DNA of 63,123 bases, filler included, from Neolecta irregularis DAH-3 (lineage: Eukaryota): NCBI GenBank assembly GCA_001929475.1. It is 8 parts of 8 records of this genome, joined end to end, with 100 filler letters (N's around TTAATTAATTAA, not from the genome) between each part and the next. Parts side by side here need not be neighbours in the genome. Positions count along the whole stretch, not along the records: positions 60,191 to 63,123 come from LXFE01002669.1; 7 more parts are not named here. One strand, given 5' to 3'. The notes below the pieces were generated by a model. It did no database searches. It saw only the letters and a list, made by a program, of their open reading frames with translations, and was not told the DNA's origin. The position numbers were made by a program, and so were the translations under genes. Position 1 is the stretch's first letter. Every line of letters starts with the position of its first letter. Positions 62,468 through 63,123 of this stretch are shown one piece after another.

Positions 62468-62977
62468 ATGAGAGCTGCGTTCTTGACAAATATTTTTGCG
62501 GTTGCAGTTGCAATCAACACATTTAGTAAGCCGCTGTATTGAACTTTTGAACCAACTTTAGCCTTGGAGGTTTTCTTCAATAAGCTCGTAGTTTCCGCGC
62601 CAATTTATTTGAGCTGCGACGATTCGTCAATCGTCATCGGTGACACTCCAACTACCTTCTCCTTGGAGGAAAACCGTCTTTGCAACCAGTTCCAGGAGTG
62701 TGTACGAATCACTCCTAACGGGGGTCTGGCGCTCTCCACAAACCACGAAGAAGCAGATGCATTTCAAGTTGATTATGTTGGAGAACTAGAAGTAATCACT
62801 TTTGATGAAAACAGGAACCGCAAGTTTTATGTATGCCAGGAGGAGGGTGGTGAAACGATACGTTCTCTCGGAGACTTGGATAACATCGGGGTAAACTGCG
62901 AAATGGCAGGAATATATGTGTCTGGTCAATATGGTCGCTACACTACACCGACTCAAAGTGATCACCATACTTATTGA
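62468..62977 (+). CDS. Small secreted protein (~157 aa), unknown family
   Basis: TATA-like tataaaa at ~62430 and signal peptide MRAAFLTNIFAVAVA. A short GT-AG intron joins the 62564-62977 frame. Acidic, with several Cys. Confidence 0.75.
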
Positions 62978-63123
62978 CATACTGATGATGGTAGTCACCA
63001 TTGATCCATTTCAACATTCAGAATCCACAGACGAAAGCTCGGACATGGTGCGTGGTGATTTGCCAGATCTACCCAATATCCTTTTTCAAGGAAAAACGAG
63101 ATTATCCAAAAGTATCAAAGCTC

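Overview
Eukaryotic, gene-dense fungal DNA with very short spliceosomal introns (mostly 33-45 nt). Gene content and intron style suggest an early-diverging ascomycete (Taphrinomycotina, possibly Neolecta-like), but this is an inference. Seven 100-nt N/TTAATTAATTAA/N blocks are artificial assembly linkers, so adjacency across them is not guaranteed. Recognisable genes: TOR kinase, Tof1/Swi1, a TMEM135-like protein, eIF3L, TANGO2/NRDE, an HVA22/REEP protein, a PAS kinase, Rrp8, Ura5, Rdh54, an omega-class GST, a Net1/Dnt1-like protein, PP4 catalytic subunit, Gid8, Arc1, a PNPOx-like protein, an SDR and CYP504 pair, a degenerate Fe/2OG-like protein, Met7 and Dsn1/Mis13. Accessory DNA includes two tandem families of unrecognised secreted proteins (one with a PAN/apple-like domain), Ty3/gypsy remnants and solo LTRs with target-site duplications, hAT-like ends, and isolated decayed fragments of PRP8 and a PDR ABC transporter. 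Most notable: sharp GC-rich islands that rewrite codons and introns of ordinary genes, possible transposon-mediated gene-fragment capture, non-canonical splice sites (GC-AG and one apparent GT-GG), and the secreted PAN-domain family. No complete novel system can be demonstrated from the sequence alone. Exon boundaries were inferred by eye.
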